NCBI GenBank assembly: GCA_017601345.1
Contig: JAFNIT010000004.1
Span: forward strand, 379 to 64,378
Length of the DNA: 64,000 nt
Reading direction: 5' to 3'
From: Candidatus Brockarchaeota archaeon
GTDB taxonomy: Archaea; Thermoproteota; EX4484-205; JAAOZP01
Below are positions 27,788 through 37,452 of this stretch, in pieces (the first letter of the stretch is position 1; each line of letters starts with the position of its first letter). A program made the position numbers and the translations under genes. The notes under the pieces were generated by a model. The model did no database searches, was not told where the DNA came from, and was given only the letters and a program-made list of their open reading frames with translations.

Positions 27788-30658
27788 ATGTTTTTCAACC
27801 TTCTACTAGTTTTTCTCCCTGTGGAGAATCTGTCCAGCGAAGAAGTTGTTTCAATGCTTGGAGAGCCCGTTGCCAAGCTTGTTTTAGAGAGGGGGCTCGT
27901 TCCATTAACCGAGCCGCAGCTTAAAGCAATACCTGAAATAATTGATGGGAATAACGTTCTGATAGTGGCTCCGACGGGGATAGGGAAGACTGAAGCAGCC
28001 CTGCTCCCGATTTTAAGCATAATGGTTAAAGAGAAGATTAATGTTAAAAAGGGAGTGTTTCTGCTCTACATAACTCCGCTTAGAGCTCTAAACAGAGACC
28101 TGGTGGAGAGAATAGGCTGGTGGGCTAGCAGGCTCGACCTGAAGCTCTCAGTAAGGCATGGGGATACTCCGTCTTCCGAGAGAAGAACCCAGTCGTTAAG
28201 TCCTCCTCACATCCTTATCACGACGCCGGAGACCTTTCAAATCCTGCTGATAGGCACTAGGCTCAGGAGCCATTTGAAAACTGTAAGATGGGTTGTGGTT
28301 GACGAGCTTCACGAACTGGCTTCAGACAAAAGGGGGAGCCAACTCTCTCTCGGCTTGGAGAGGCTTAAGAGGCTTATAGGAGGGAAAATACAAATCATAG
28401 GGCTCTCCGCCACCATAGGCGAGCCGGAGCAGCTTGCGCGCTTCCTCGTAGGGACAGATGGTGATTTTAAGGTTGTTGCAACGCCAGTGCCTAAGGACAT
28501 TGAAATAAGCCTCGTGCTCCCAGACGTTACTAATGAGGATTATTTGCTGGCGGAGAAGCTCTTGACAACTCCCGAGGTGTCGGCGAGGCTCAGAGTGATT
28601 AAGGAGGCGCTTGGTGGAAGCAATGCGTTACTGCTCTTCACAAACACTAGAGCCACGGCCGAGGTGCTCTCCAACAGGCTACTGGTAATGAACCTCCCCA
28701 CTCCTGTTTCCATCCACCATGGGTCTCTCGGCGTCGAGGCAAGGGTTAGGGCGGAGGAAGGGTTGAAGGAAGGAGAGTTAAGAGGAGTAGTATGCACATC
28801 CAGCCTCGAACTGGGCATAGACGTCGGTGCCATAGACTTCGTGATCCAATACGGCTCGCCGAGACAGGCTTCAAGACTCATTCAGAGAATCGGGAGGAGC
28901 GGGCATAGGATAGGATTAACCTCTCGAGGAATGATTTTATGCATGGATGAAGACGATGCTACTGAATCTATTATCTTGAGGAGAAGGGCTTTAAACAGCA
29001 TTTATGAACCAGTTTCGCCTCCAGAGGCCCCGTATGATATTCTTGCACACCAAATAGTAGGGATGCTCTTGGAAAAGAACAGGTGGGGTGTAGAAGAAAT
29101 ATTGAAGCTTATTCAAGGCAGCGCATCATACTCAAGAATTTCGATAGAAGAATTGGAGAGGGTTCTAGAGTTTCTTTCAACACAGTATCCTAGACTATTG
29201 TTTTTCGAAAAGTACAGTGACACGATTAGAGCTGGGAGAAGAGGAGAGCTGATAAGGTTCTTCTTCGAACATATTTCGAGCATACCTGAGGTTAAGCAGT
29301 ACCCTGTTTTCAACGAGGATGAAAACCTAGTCGTCGGAAACCTTGATGAAGAGTTCGTGGCGGAGAAAGGACTCCCCGGGACGAAATTCGTAATGGGGGG
29401 ATTAGTATGGTCGATAATTCAGGTTTTTAATGGAAAGGTCATAGTTAAGAAGGCGGAGGATTCTTTGGGAGCAGTACCCTTCTGGACTGGTGAAGAAATA
29501 CCTGTTACTTATGAAGCGGCGACAGAAGTAGGAGCTTTCAGGAGGATGATTGAAGAGGAGTATCGCAAGGGAAGCAGCTTGGAGGAAATAGTTGAAAAAG
29601 CGTCTGGAGAATACGGTGTTGAGAAGGATTTCGCTCTTAAGATCGTTAAGCCGATTGTAGAATGCCTTGAGAAAGGTATACTCATCGGTACTGATAGAAG
29701 AATCGTGTTTGAGAAATGGGGCGACTACACTATCATACACGCATGCTTGGGAGACCTTGGAAACAGGGCTTTATCCAAGATAGTTGGGTCAATAGTTCTT
29801 TCCGAAGTCGGTTTAACGGTCCCAGTGAGTAGAGACCCTTACCGGGTGATGGTTGAAAGAGTGGTTTCGCCGTCGATAATACTTGACAGGCTTAGGAAGC
29901 TTGATGAAAAAGAGGTTATGAGAATGCTTTTAGAAAACATTGAGAACGCGGGTCTTTTCAAGAGGAGGTTCCTACATGTTGCTAGGAGGATGGGGATAAT
30001 AGAGAAGGATGCTGATCTTACGTCGATAAGGCTAGAATCGCTCATAAGAAACAGTAAGGGAAGCATTGTTTACGATGAGGCCGTTAAGGAGTTACTATCT
30101 AAAGACTACGATGTAAAACCCCTGATGAATATGATTAGAGGAATCGTCTCAGGGGAGATTGAAACCATAATATATGAAAGCGGCGCTGAACCCTCACCCT
30201 TAGCTAAGCCTATTCTCAGACAGGGTGAGAGACATCTTGACATATATCCCCCCGAGAAGGCTGACAAGATAATCCTAATGTATGCTTCAGCAAGGCTCAG
30301 GAACACTCCTCTAGAACTCGTATGCAGCGAATGCGGATTTCCCTACGGCACTATTAAGCCTGAGGAGTATACTTCAGAGATGAGGTGTAGCAGATGCGGC
30401 GGCAAACTGGGTGCGAATCCTACTCCAGGCGTCAGGATTAGGCGTGGAAAATCCAAGAGGATAAAAATGCTCTTCAAAAAGATTTTTAGGACGGCGGAAT
30501 TGTTAGAGAAATATGGTAGGGATGCTGCTATAGCCCTGGCTGGAAGAGGATTAAGCCTGAAGACTGTTGAGAAGATATTGGTTAGGAGAAGCATGACTGG
30601 AGAGGATATCGTGAAAATGATTGTTGACGCTGAGAGACGGCGTTTTCAAAAAGCTTAG
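27788..30658 (+). CDS. lhr: Lhr-type large DEAD/DEAH-box helicase with C-terminal zinc ribbon
   Basis: APTGIGKTEAALLP, DELH, SAT, HHGSL, QRIGRSGH; long C-terminal extension with CSECG...CSRCGG. Start uncertain: the ORF opens at 27674 overlapping the LysE gene, with Met at 27788 or 27854. Confidence 0.8.
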   Translation: MFFNLLLVFLPVENLSSEEVVSMLGEPVAKLVLERGLVPLTEPQLKAIPEIIDGNNVLIVAPTGIGKTEAALLPILSIMVKEKINVKKGVFLLYITPLRALNRDLVERIGWWASRLDLKLSVRHGDTPSSERRTQSLSPPHILITTPETFQILLIGTRLRSHLKTVRWVVVDELHELASDKRGSQLSLGLERLKRLIGGKIQIIGLSATIGEPEQLARFLVGTDGDFKVVATPVPKDIEISLVLPDVTNEDYLLAEKLLTTPEVSARLRVIKEALGGSNALLLFTNTRATAEVLSNRLLVMNLPTPVSIHHGSLGVEARVRAEEGLKEGELRGVVCTSSLELGIDVGAIDFVIQYGSPRQASRLIQRIGRSGHRIGLTSRGMILCMDEDDATESIILRRRALNSIYEPVSPPEAPYDILAHQIVGMLLEKNRWGVEEILKLIQGSASYSRISIEELERVLEFLSTQYPRLLFFEKYSDTIRAGRRGELIRFFFEHISSIPEVKQYPVFNEDENLVVGNLDEEFVAEKGLPGTKFVMGGLVWSIIQVFNGKVIVKKAEDSLGAVPFWTGEEIPVTYEAATEVGAFRRMIEEEYRKGSSLEEIVEKASGEYGVEKDFALKIVKPIVECLEKGILIGTDRRIVFEKWGDYTIIHACLGDLGNRALSKIVGSIVLSEVGLTVPVSRDPYRVMVERVVSPSIILDRLRKLDEKEVMRMLLENIENAGLFKRRFLHVARRMGIIEKDADLTSIRLESLIRNSKGSIVYDEAVKELLSKDYDVKPLMNMIRGIVSGEIETIIYESGAEPSPLAKPILRQGERHLDIYPPEKADKIILMYASARLRNTPLELVCSECGFPYGTIKPEEYTSEMRCSRCGGKLGANPTPGVRIRRGKSKRIKMLFKKIFRTAELLEKYGRDAAIALAGRGLSLKTVEKILVRRSMTGEDIVKMIVDAERRRFQKA

Positions 30659-30777
30659 AATTTTCTGGGCAAGTTTATATTAATGAGAGCATTAGAATTT
30701 AAAACTCTTTTTTAATTTGGCCATCAGCTACATTACGAGCCTACTTCTTTCTCAGAGACTAGATTTGCAAACATGAG

Positions 30778-31329
30778 TCAAGCACTTAGAATATAATGTA
30801 TGAATTTTTCTACGTCGAGTTCTGCAAAAGTCCTCCAGCCTAATACAAGGTTGTCCCCATCTTCCGCAATGTACCCCCTCCGTATATACCTGGCTAGGTT
30901 AAGCTTAACCTTCCATTCGGGAAACTTTTTCTTCAATATCTCTTCCACTTCCTTAACTGGGGCTGAGCCCTTGTGGGAAATTATCGTTGAGATGACAACA
31001 GCCAATCCAGCGATCTCATCTATCGACCAACCTAGGGTTTTCACGGCAGTCAGGCTTAGTTCATCCTTAAGCGTAACGTAGAACCTTGCTGTCGAGAGCT
31101 TGCTTTCATCATCGCTCATGCTGAGCTCGCTTCCATCATCCGAAACAATCTTTATTGTTAATCCCAGTTCTTGGAAACGTGTGTTGAGAAACTTGATTAT
31201 TGAAAGGTAACCTGGTCCAAGGTTCTTCTTAAGTTCCCATCCTTTAACTCCAGGAGTCCTATGGCTTTTAAACAGTAAGAGCTGCACTGCCCGCGCAACT
31301 TTGCTCCTTATCCTTTCCTCCTGCTCCAA
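30778..31329 (-). CDS. Tandem winged-helix 'kite'-like protein (Nse3/MAGE- or ScpB-like) of the second SMC-like operon
   Basis: 183 aa. KVARAVQLLLFKSHRTPGVKGWEL...ARFYVTLKDEL (WH-A-like) and GLAVVISTIISHKGSAPVKEVEEIL...YIRRGYI...LGWRTFAELDVEKFIHYI (WH-B-like) follow the MAGE-homology pattern as I recall it. Confidence 0.5.
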   Translation of the reverse strand: MEQEERIRSKVARAVQLLLFKSHRTPGVKGWELKKNLGPGYLSIIKFLNTRFQELGLTIKIVSDDGSELSMSDDESKLSTARFYVTLKDELSLTAVKTLGWSIDEIAGLAVVISTIISHKGSAPVKEVEEILKKKFPEWKVKLNLARYIRRGYIAEDGDNLVLGWRTFAELDVEKFIHYILSA

Positions 31330-31341
31330 GGCACCCGCCCC

Positions 31342-32058
31342 TTATATTGGTAGAGCTACGGAATGCTTTTCCACGTCTTTTGGAGTCGTCTTGAAAACCC
31401 AGACCTTGTTGGTCAAGGGGTCTTGCATAACTCCTACTAAGCCCTTAGTCATGAGGAAGCTTAAGGCTAATGCTCTGAATACTTTCCTCTTCTCCCCTTC
31501 CCTACTTATCAAAATATAGTAGTCAACGGGATCCTGACCCATCTCGTTTAAAATCTTCTCCATCTCGCTTTCGAAATCAGCCTCCTCCATTTTTAGAAGC
31601 TCGTTGAGCATGTTAATGGCACTAGACATCGGGATTTCTCCCATCTCGGGAAGCAAGTATTCTCTCAGGCTAGCCCAGTAGCCATAGGCTGTTCGCATTA
31701 TATTCATAGTGGCTTGCTCATTTTCAGCAACTGGTCTGAATGCTTTAAGGAAAGCCCCTGCAAGCCTCTCACTATCAAGCCCCATGAGCCGTACTTCCAT
31801 AAGGAAGGGGTCAAGATAGAGTCTGCTAGCCCTCTTCTTAACATCCTCCTGCTGGAGTAATATTATGTAGATTAATTTCAGCAGAGCAGCCATATTCATC
31901 ACGAGGGTTCTCTCATCCATTTCAAGCAGGCCTTCTCTAAGTCTCCTAAGGTTCTCTTTGACGTCTACGATAAAAGGGTCAATATTTTTCTCAATAACCT
32001 CATCACAAAGATGGATTATCCTCTCGATCAACTCAACGTATTTGCTGATCGGCGGCAT
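31342..32058 (-). CDS. Kleisin-like protein (ScpA/Nse4-like) of the second SMC-like operon
   Basis: 238 aa. N-terminus has IDPFIVDVKENLRRL...LVMNMAALLKLIYIILLQQ (ScpA-like N-domain). C-terminus has RKVFRALALSFLMTKGLVGVMQDPLTNKVWV (C-terminal WH pattern). Confidence 0.5.
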   Translation of the reverse strand: MPPISKYVELIERIIHLCDEVIEKNIDPFIVDVKENLRRLREGLLEMDERTLVMNMAALLKLIYIILLQQEDVKKRASRLYLDPFLMEVRLMGLDSERLAGAFLKAFRPVAENEQATMNIMRTAYGYWASLREYLLPEMGEIPMSSAINMLNELLKMEEADFESEMEKILNEMGQDPVDYYILISREGEKRKVFRALALSFLMTKGLVGVMQDPLTNKVWVFKTTPKDVEKHSVALPI

Positions 32059-32165
32059 TCAATTCAATCCCTCTAGCCGTGTAACCCGTGGTTAATGGAA
32101 TAAATATAAACATAACCTTCAGAAGAGAACTTTATTCCCACTGTTTATAATGAAAAGCCTTATCC

Positions 32166-33947
32166 CTAGCTCTGTTCAACCTCGAGTACTCTCGACTCGT
32201 CTTGAACTTTTTGAACAACTATTATGTGCGCATCTTCGACAGGAGGGGGTGTTCCAGGTGTTATGCATAAGTATGCTACTCCAGGATTCTCTCTGACAAC
32301 TTCAGAGAGTATTTGGAAGAACCTTTTTCTCATGAGCGGGTCCATGTGTACATCTAGCTCATCGATCCCCCTGATGCTTGATTTGACTAGTGACTGAAGG
32401 GCCATTAAGAAGGACACTACTGTTGCACTCCTCTCGCCACCGCTCTGAGTGTAGACGTTGAACTCCGTTAGAGGACCTCCGCCGAAGCTTACGAATATCA
32501 CGAGGCCAGCGTTATCAACATCTTCCATATTCACTAAACGTAAGTCGCCGGTCCCACCCATGGTTTCCATATTCTTCTTAAAACCCTCGTTAATCTTTTC
32601 AACGACAGCCATCATCTTTCTCCTCCATATCTCTATTCTCTCTTTAAGCTCGTCTTCAGCAGCCATTCTGTTTTCAACGACAACTTTAACCTTCTGCTCA
32701 AGGTCACTATACACCTTGAGGTAATTTTTGTAAAACTCTTCCGCATTCTCTGAAACCGTGCCGAGAGAGGCTATTTGAATAATGCAGTCGTTAATCTTCT
32801 TCTCTATTACATCCGGGAGATCGACTTCTTTTGGCGGCTCACCTTCAAGCTGACCCTTAACCTCGTTAATCTTCGATTCAATAGATCTTTCCTTCTCCTG
32901 GAGGCGGCGACGTTCAGCCTCCAGCTCTCTCAACCTATACTTTATTACCTCAGCCCTAACATTTAACTTCACGTACTTCCTTATCAACTTGGTTATCTCC
33001 TCGTCGAGCTTACTATACTCGTCGATGAGCCCTTCAACATCAGCCTTGCCTTCCGAGGCCTTGAAGAAAATCCCCTTTAGCTTCATCCTAGCCTTATTAA
33101 GGCTGTTCCAAACTTTCTCTGCCTTCTCGACGTTTCTTGAAGCGATTTTATTGCCTCTGTCAATCCTCTCCTCAATTTTGGAGATCCTCTCCCGGATCCT
33201 CAGTTTCTCGCCGTTAAGTTGGTTGAAAACACTCCACTTAAGAAGCCTGTTCAACTCAGCATGGAGCATCTGCAGCTCTCTCCTCTTAACAAGCTTCTCG
33301 TATTCTGCTCTCCACATCTCAAGGGTCTCACGGGCTTCGTTCAAAAGAGCCTCCACAGCCTTCTCTTCGCTTACGATTTTGCTCAATCTCTCTCTTGAAG
33401 CCTTTATATTATCCCTTAAGCCCGAAAGCCCGATAGCGCCCTCCACTAGCTTAAGCTTCTCAGAAGGGTCTAGTGATGCGAACTCCTCAATCATGTATTG
33501 ATGCATCATTATGAGCATGTTTGAAGGGTCTATTCCGAAAAATGAAAGTATCTCGTCAACCTCCATCTTCGTAGCAGGATTGTAATTTATCTGGCTCCAA
33601 TATTCTCCGTCTCTCCTTAAATACCTAGTTATAACGAGCTCGTCGGATCTTACGAAGGACACTGGCCTCTTACCGTCAACCCCCGGAGAGTTATCGAATA
33701 TCAGTGTAACTCTAGCAATATCCTCGCCAATCCTTATTAAATCGCTCAGTTTCTCAGCCCTGCCACTGCGCGACTGTCCGAGGCCGACTGAAATACCCCA
33801 GAGAATCGAAGATTTTCCGGAGCCATTAGGGCCGAGAATAAGATTAAGCCCGGGGCGAATAGTAATCTTACTATAACGATAACTCATGAAGTTCTCTAAA
33901 ATCACCTCTTTCAGTCGAAGCCTTTTTTCTTGTTCTACTGTTTCCAC
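32166..33947 (-). CDS. Compact SMC-like ABC ATPase (593 aa, short coiled coil, no obvious hinge or zinc hook)
   Basis: ENFMSY...LILGPNGSGKSS (Walker A), MMHQYMIEEF (Q-loop), QSGGERSATVVSFLMALQ (signature), IDELDVHMDPLMRKRFF (Walker B/D-loop). About 270 aa of heptad-rich sequence lies between the head halves. Confidence 0.75.
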   Translation of the reverse strand: METVEQEKRLRLKEVILENFMSYRYSKITIRPGLNLILGPNGSGKSSILWGISVGLGQSRSGRAEKLSDLIRIGEDIARVTLIFDNSPGVDGKRPVSFVRSDELVITRYLRRDGEYWSQINYNPATKMEVDEILSFFGIDPSNMLIMMHQYMIEEFASLDPSEKLKLVEGAIGLSGLRDNIKASRERLSKIVSEEKAVEALLNEARETLEMWRAEYEKLVKRRELQMLHAELNRLLKWSVFNQLNGEKLRIRERISKIEERIDRGNKIASRNVEKAEKVWNSLNKARMKLKGIFFKASEGKADVEGLIDEYSKLDEEITKLIRKYVKLNVRAEVIKYRLRELEAERRRLQEKERSIESKINEVKGQLEGEPPKEVDLPDVIEKKINDCIIQIASLGTVSENAEEFYKNYLKVYSDLEQKVKVVVENRMAAEDELKERIEIWRRKMMAVVEKINEGFKKNMETMGGTGDLRLVNMEDVDNAGLVIFVSFGGGPLTEFNVYTQSGGERSATVVSFLMALQSLVKSSIRGIDELDVHMDPLMRKRFFQILSEVVRENPGVAYLCITPGTPPPVEDAHIIVVQKVQDESRVLEVEQS

Positions 33948-34024
33948 CGATGTCTGGTTTCTTTAGGCTTAGATAAGGATTTTCGCCGATGGAAAATGGT
34001 TAAAAGCTGATTATAAGGCTTAAT

Positions 34025-34729
34025 GTGGGGATGGTTACTGCAGGCAAGATATTCAGGCTCGACGAATACTTATCTCAAAACGAGCTTGCTCAGAGACTCA
34101 AGGGGTATAGGGTTGAAACCCCGCTGGAAGGAACTGATTTAACGCTCGTTGCCGAGGTTACTGGCCTTAGGGCCTCTCAAAACATGCTGGAAGGGGTTTT
34201 GAGCAGGGATATTCCTGTAACTTTGAGAAGAAGGGATAAGACGGAAATCGCTATTAAGACCGTTGACTCCGTCTTCAGCTTTGTTTTCCGGAAGAGGAGG
34301 GTTTTCCTCATAGTGTTGGAGAAGAAGCCTGTTGCAAACATGGTTGCCAACATGTTCAGCCAGATAATATTTCTTAAAAGCGGGAAGATAGTTGAGGCAA
34401 GGATCTCCCCGAAGGTCATGCTGGAATATCATAATGCTAATAGCGATGCTGCTAAAGTTGTTTTCTTCGACAATGTTGACATACCTAACATAGAGAAACT
34501 ATCCTTGTACGGGCCTTCGCTAGCGAACACTAGCCTGTTCGCGGAGTATTTGAAGCATGGGGATATATGGTATGTAGTGATTTCCCATCGTAAATCAGGC
34601 TATGTCGCCGGAATCACTAGAGACAGTGTGGTAACTATTTTCAGCAAGATCGATCCAGCTTCATTCATAAAGTTCTCCATTGAGGAGATTATTCCGCTTG
34701 TTGAAGAATCCGAGTCCTCTAAGACGTAG
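34025..34729 (+). CDS. Hypothetical protein, divergently transcribed from the SMC-like operon
   Basis: 234-aa ORF (GTG start) of normal composition; no motif recognised. Confidence 0.35.
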   Translation: MGMVTAGKIFRLDEYLSQNELAQRLKGYRVETPLEGTDLTLVAEVTGLRASQNMLEGVLSRDIPVTLRRRDKTEIAIKTVDSVFSFVFRKRRVFLIVLEKKPVANMVANMFSQIIFLKSGKIVEARISPKVMLEYHNANSDAAKVVFFDNVDIPNIEKLSLYGPSLANTSLFAEYLKHGDIWYVVISHRKSGYVAGITRDSVVTIFSKIDPASFIKFSIEEIIPLVEESESSKT

Positions 34730-35309
34730 ACATGAGGGTTTCGTATTCGCTTTCTGTCAGAGCATCAAGCTTCCTCAGGCTTTCAACAAGATTTCTAAAC
34801 TCGAACACGTAGTGGAGCTCTACGCCTTTTTTCCTAAGCTTTTCAGCAGCGTTCTTACTCTGACACACTATTACCACAGCATCCTCAACGACTCCCCCCT
34901 CCCATACGATCTTATCAACAGCCTTCGATACCTGTCTACCTGTTGAAACAAAGTCGTCTATTATAAGCACTTTATCACCCATCTTGAACAACCCCTCTAC
35001 AGACTTGGCTTTTCCCTCTCTGAGAAGCAACATCGGCCTACCGGTTTTGAGGGAAACGTAGGAGGCATATGGTACTCCGGCTAATGGGACCCCCAGGACA
35101 GAGTTAAACTTCTCAACTCCGACCTCTTTTCTAACAACCTCAACCATCCTCCTCGCAACCTTATTGAAAACCCTGGGATTGCTTAGGACGACTGTTAAAT
35201 CAAGTACGAAAGGTTGTAGAATACCCTCATCCGTTTTCTCAGGCCATATGAGGAACCCTCCTGTCTGAACAAGGCTTTTAGCAACCAGGTCAACTAAGCT
35301 TGTAGACAA
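34719..35309 (-). CDS. pyrE: Orotate phosphoribosyltransferase(-like)
   Basis: PRPP-binding motif KVLIIDDFVSTGRQ; size and layout of type I PRTases. Confidence 0.65.
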   Translation of the reverse strand: MSTSLVDLVAKSLVQTGGFLIWPEKTDEGILQPFVLDLTVVLSNPRVFNKVARRMVEVVRKEVGVEKFNSVLGVPLAGVPYASYVSLKTGRPMLLLREGKAKSVEGLFKMGDKVLIIDDFVSTGRQVSKAVDKIVWEGGVVEDAVVIVCQSKNAAEKLRKKGVELHYVFEFRNLVESLRKLDALTESEYETLMSTS

Positions 35310-35970
35310 AGGGCTTTCCTACTTCGAGTATTGCAAGCTCTGTCTTTAAGCCTTTCTTTTTAACAACCCGCTGAATATCCTTCACGCTTTCCCCATAGCA
35401 GGGAATTATCAGCTTAGATTCAGTATTGCTCACTGATTCGAGGAATGATGCGATACTAGCCTTGGGGTTGAAACCCACCGGCAGGAAAGTGATGTCAGGC
35501 TTCTCCTCCTTAGTTATCTTGCTTAAGGTCTTCGATATTAAGGATTGGCCTGTTTGAAATAGCTTACAGCCATTTTCAAGAGTTATCATGTAGGTTACTG
35601 GTGTGGATGCCTCACGGTTTTCACTAGGGTATGATTTTATAACCAGGCCTTCGCTCACTAAGAGCTTATTGGGTGCTGCTGGAATAAGCATTTCTTTAGG
35701 TATCTGCGACCGGAGTATTCTGTAGCTTGTCTCGTCCGCGATTATCTTCCCTATCTTCTTCAGACAATGCAGCTCCATTATCACGTTCTCATCGAAACTC
35801 TCCGGCTGCTCGTCTGTTATCAGAACGTAATCCAGTGATTCGACACTATTAACATCTATTTCTGAAGGGTTTGTAAGAAGCCTTTGTGTTTGCGTGACGA
35901 TGTAAACGCAGGAATACTTGTTTAACCTAGTCAGCACGACTTCAGCTTTACCTGGTTTTATAATGCTCAA
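35290..35970 (-). CDS. Hypothetical protein, possibly a degenerate MBL-fold (UlaG-like) protein
   Basis: LDYVLITDEQPESFD sits where MBL proteins carry HxHxDH; the metal ligands appear lost. Confidence 0.3.
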   Translation of the reverse strand: MSIIKPGKAEVVLTRLNKYSCVYIVTQTQRLLTNPSEIDVNSVESLDYVLITDEQPESFDENVIMELHCLKKIGKIIADETSYRILRSQIPKEMLIPAAPNKLLVSEGLVIKSYPSENREASTPVTYMITLENGCKLFQTGQSLISKTLSKITKEEKPDITFLPVGFNPKASIASFLESVSNTESKLIIPCYGESVKDIQRVVKKKGLKTELAILEVGKPFVYKLS

Positions 35971-36046
35971 ACTCTCGCTGGTCTATCGAGTTCTTTTTAA
36001 AAGGGCTAATAAGCGTTTCTCATTTTTATAACTATGAAAAAAGCTC

Positions 36047-37387
36047 TTAGGCTCTGCCAATCTCCTCATGCAGCCTCTCGTGAAACACCCTTACCCTACT
36101 CCTCCACTCTCTAAATCCTTCAACAGAGGGATAGTTAATGTACAGCTGCCTGAAATCCTCCATGAGCTGAGCGGTCTTGTTAAGCCTCGCTAGGAACCAT
36201 GGTTTACCGATGCCAGCGAAGAATCTCGAGGCTTTTTCAGTAATGTTAAGCCTCAGCTTCTCGCCCATGCTTGCCTTCAAAAGGTCTTCGCTCTTAATAA
36301 GACCCTGGGCCAGACCGTAGTTTATCAGCGCGTTGTTCAGACTCTGTAGGAATATCCTGAAGACGTCTAAAGCCGCCTGCTTGGCACCGTATTTACTCAT
36401 GTATTGAGCGTTGAAGCCCCATAACGTAGCCTCGTCTTCACGACCGTTCTCCAGAGCCTCGGCGATAACCTCGGCAGCAAGAAAACCGCCGGTCATGGAG
36501 GACCCTATGCCGCCGCCGTGCACAGGGTTAACCATGAAGGCGGCATCACCCACAGCAATGAAACCGTTCCACACTGCTGAGTCTATTGGTCTCCTCGCTG
36601 GCACTACTCCGCCGCCTCTGTGTATGACCCTTCTGATCTTTCCTTTCAGGCATGGGAGTTTCTCAACCCATTTCTCGAAAAGAAGCCTTGGGTTAGCAGC
36701 GTTTTTAACAACGCCCAGACCAGTGTTGACTCTGTTCTCACCCTCCGGGAAAACCCAGAAATAACCACCTGGAGCATCCTCCATGTCTAAGTATATCGTT
36801 GGTAACGGGGGAGCCTCTTCTGTTTCCAATATCTCCCTGTAGCAGACGAGCGTCTCGTCATCGTCAAGCTCCTGGTCGAAGCCAAGGGTCTTGAGGTCTT
36901 TAGAGAGAATTCTGGAACTCCCCGTAGCGTCCACAGTCACTTTAGCATAAACCTCCTCCTTAGAACCATCCTTGAGGTTAAGGAGCTTAATCCCCTTCAC
37001 AAATCCATCTTGTATAATCAGACCGGTAGCATGCGTCTCCGACCTGAACTCGCACCCTGAGTCCAGTGCAAGCTTGAGAAGGAATTGACCGAATTCAACC
37101 CTGTTCAAAGCGTATGCGCTCAATCCTTCAGCCACTATGCTTAGCCGACTCTTCATGTCTGGAGAGTAGATTTCTATCCCAGGGTAGACTGCGAAATAAG
37201 ATTCTCTAGGTAGGCTTAGTCCAAGCCTCTCCACATGATGAGACCCTAAGGCGTCTCCGCAAACCTTGTCGCCAACCCTATTTGCAGGTAGCCTATCCAC
37301 CAGCAGTACTTTAAGCCCTTTTTTCGCCGCCTCCCTAGCTAGCGTTGCACCAGCCACGCCGGAGCCGGCTACGCATACGTCGTACAA
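36047..37387 (-). CDS. Geranylgeranyl reductase-family FAD-dependent oxidoreductase
   Basis: YDVCVAGSGVAGATLA...LLVDR (GxGxxG), CGD, VGDAAFMVNPVHGGGI. Confidence 0.8.
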   Translation of the reverse strand: MYDVCVAGSGVAGATLAREAAKKGLKVLLVDRLPANRVGDKVCGDALGSHHVERLGLSLPRESYFAVYPGIEIYSPDMKSRLSIVAEGLSAYALNRVEFGQFLLKLALDSGCEFRSETHATGLIIQDGFVKGIKLLNLKDGSKEEVYAKVTVDATGSSRILSKDLKTLGFDQELDDDETLVCYREILETEEAPPLPTIYLDMEDAPGGYFWVFPEGENRVNTGLGVVKNAANPRLLFEKWVEKLPCLKGKIRRVIHRGGGVVPARRPIDSAVWNGFIAVGDAAFMVNPVHGGGIGSSMTGGFLAAEVIAEALENGREDEATLWGFNAQYMSKYGAKQAALDVFRIFLQSLNNALINYGLAQGLIKSEDLLKASMGEKLRLNITEKASRFFAGIGKPWFLARLNKTAQLMEDFRQLYINYPSVEGFREWRSRVRVFHERLHEEIGRA

Positions 37388-37452
37388 TCCGGCTTCTGGA
37401 CTACTTAGTAGAATAAAAAGTTTCCCAATAGCTTTAAAGCAACCTGATCAAT

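Noticed and set aside
32458-33501. + strand ORFs inside the SMC-like gene (32458-32724, 32775-32966, 32989-33501)
   Set aside because: They are shadow ORFs of the coiled-coil region with S/L-rich low complexity.
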